The notes under the pieces were generated by a model. That model was not told the origin of the DNA. It saw only the letters and a list, made by a program, of their open reading frames with translations, and made no database searches. Both the position numbers and the translations under genes were made by a program. A stretch of DNA of 64,000 bases from an uncultured Planctomycetota bacterium (lineage in GTDB: Bacteria > Planctomycetota > Planctomycetia > Isosphaerales > Isosphaeraceae), in the NCBI GenBank assembly GCA_963823665.1, contig CAWGMQ010000011.1, positions 480,001 to 544,000 of the forward strand, written 5' to 3'. This document shows, in pieces, positions 63,338 to 64,000 of this stretch. Within the stretch, counting starts at the first letter, position 1. Every line of letters starts with the position of its first letter.

Positions 63338-64000
63338 TTCCCCAGCCCGATAGCGCCGGCGCGAGGGATCTTCCACAACCATACGCATATCCCATTTCGA
63401 CTGAGACGTTCCTATTCCCTCGTGGTGGAAGCGCAGCCGCAGCCGACTTTCGGCACCCCCTTTCCTCCGCCCTCAGTCCTCCGCCCTGATTCTTGGCGAG
63501 TTCGTTTTGTAGATTCGTCGCGCGTCCTTACGCCACAAGGATTACGGGAATGCACTCGGTCGGTCGTGATGGCGAACCATCGGCCGAACTCGAAGCCGAA
63601 ACCCCGCCCGCGAGCCGCGTCGCTTCGACCCAGAATCGCCGCGGCCCGGCCTGCGGAGCGCTCCACCCCCCAGATCCGGGTCCCCGGCGATCCGCAAGTG
63701 TCCATGCGAAAACGGCTTCGGTCGATCCAACAGCGTCTTTCGCGTGGCCCAAAATGATAACTAATGATAGCACAAAACAGGAGATCCTCGCCTTCCTCCC
63801 AGTTCAGAGTCCGGGGAGCGAACCGTGCGCTCGACACGACCACGCGGTCGTCCGATCGGTAATCTCGGTCGAATCCCGATCCCGGTATCGTGTCATGTTC
63901 TCTTCCCTCATTCGTGAGATTCTTAAGATTCGTGGTTCGACGTCCCCGCCATGTCAAACGACAGCCTGGCCACGCTTCGCACGCTCCAAATAAGTAGAAG

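Noticed and set aside
62560..64000. Protein-coding genes or an IS element at the right end
   Set aside because: The short ORFs have atypical composition and no motifs; no transposase or terminal inverted repeats were seen

Overview
GC-rich chromosomal window with the signatures of a Planctomycete, probably Isosphaeraceae-like (inferred from LE-x-R-x-x-L-S export motifs, a PEP-CTERM protein and WD40 Ser/Thr kinases). Housekeeping genes include nth, metF, queG, truD, a RluA-family pseudouridine synthase, a delta-9 desaturase, an M16 protease and a GH92 mannosidase, alongside many membrane and extracellular proteins. Four things stand out. (1) A tRNA(CAT), most likely Ile2, is split by a 381-nt ORF-less group I intron at 53368-53820, invisible to the ORF track. 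(2) Two adjacent genes at 26863-30162 are built from 13 copies of an unannotated ~74-aa Trp/Arg-rich repeat with a fixed scaffold and hypervariable positions, a candidate modular nucleic-acid-binding repeat family. (3) A compact wHTH + TIR two-gene operon at 49201-50171 is a candidate defence or toxin-antitoxin module. (4) A 3322-aa adhesin carries an internal RHS cage whose cargo is a short Pro-rich peptide rather than a toxin. Several single-base frameshifts suggest long-read indel errors.
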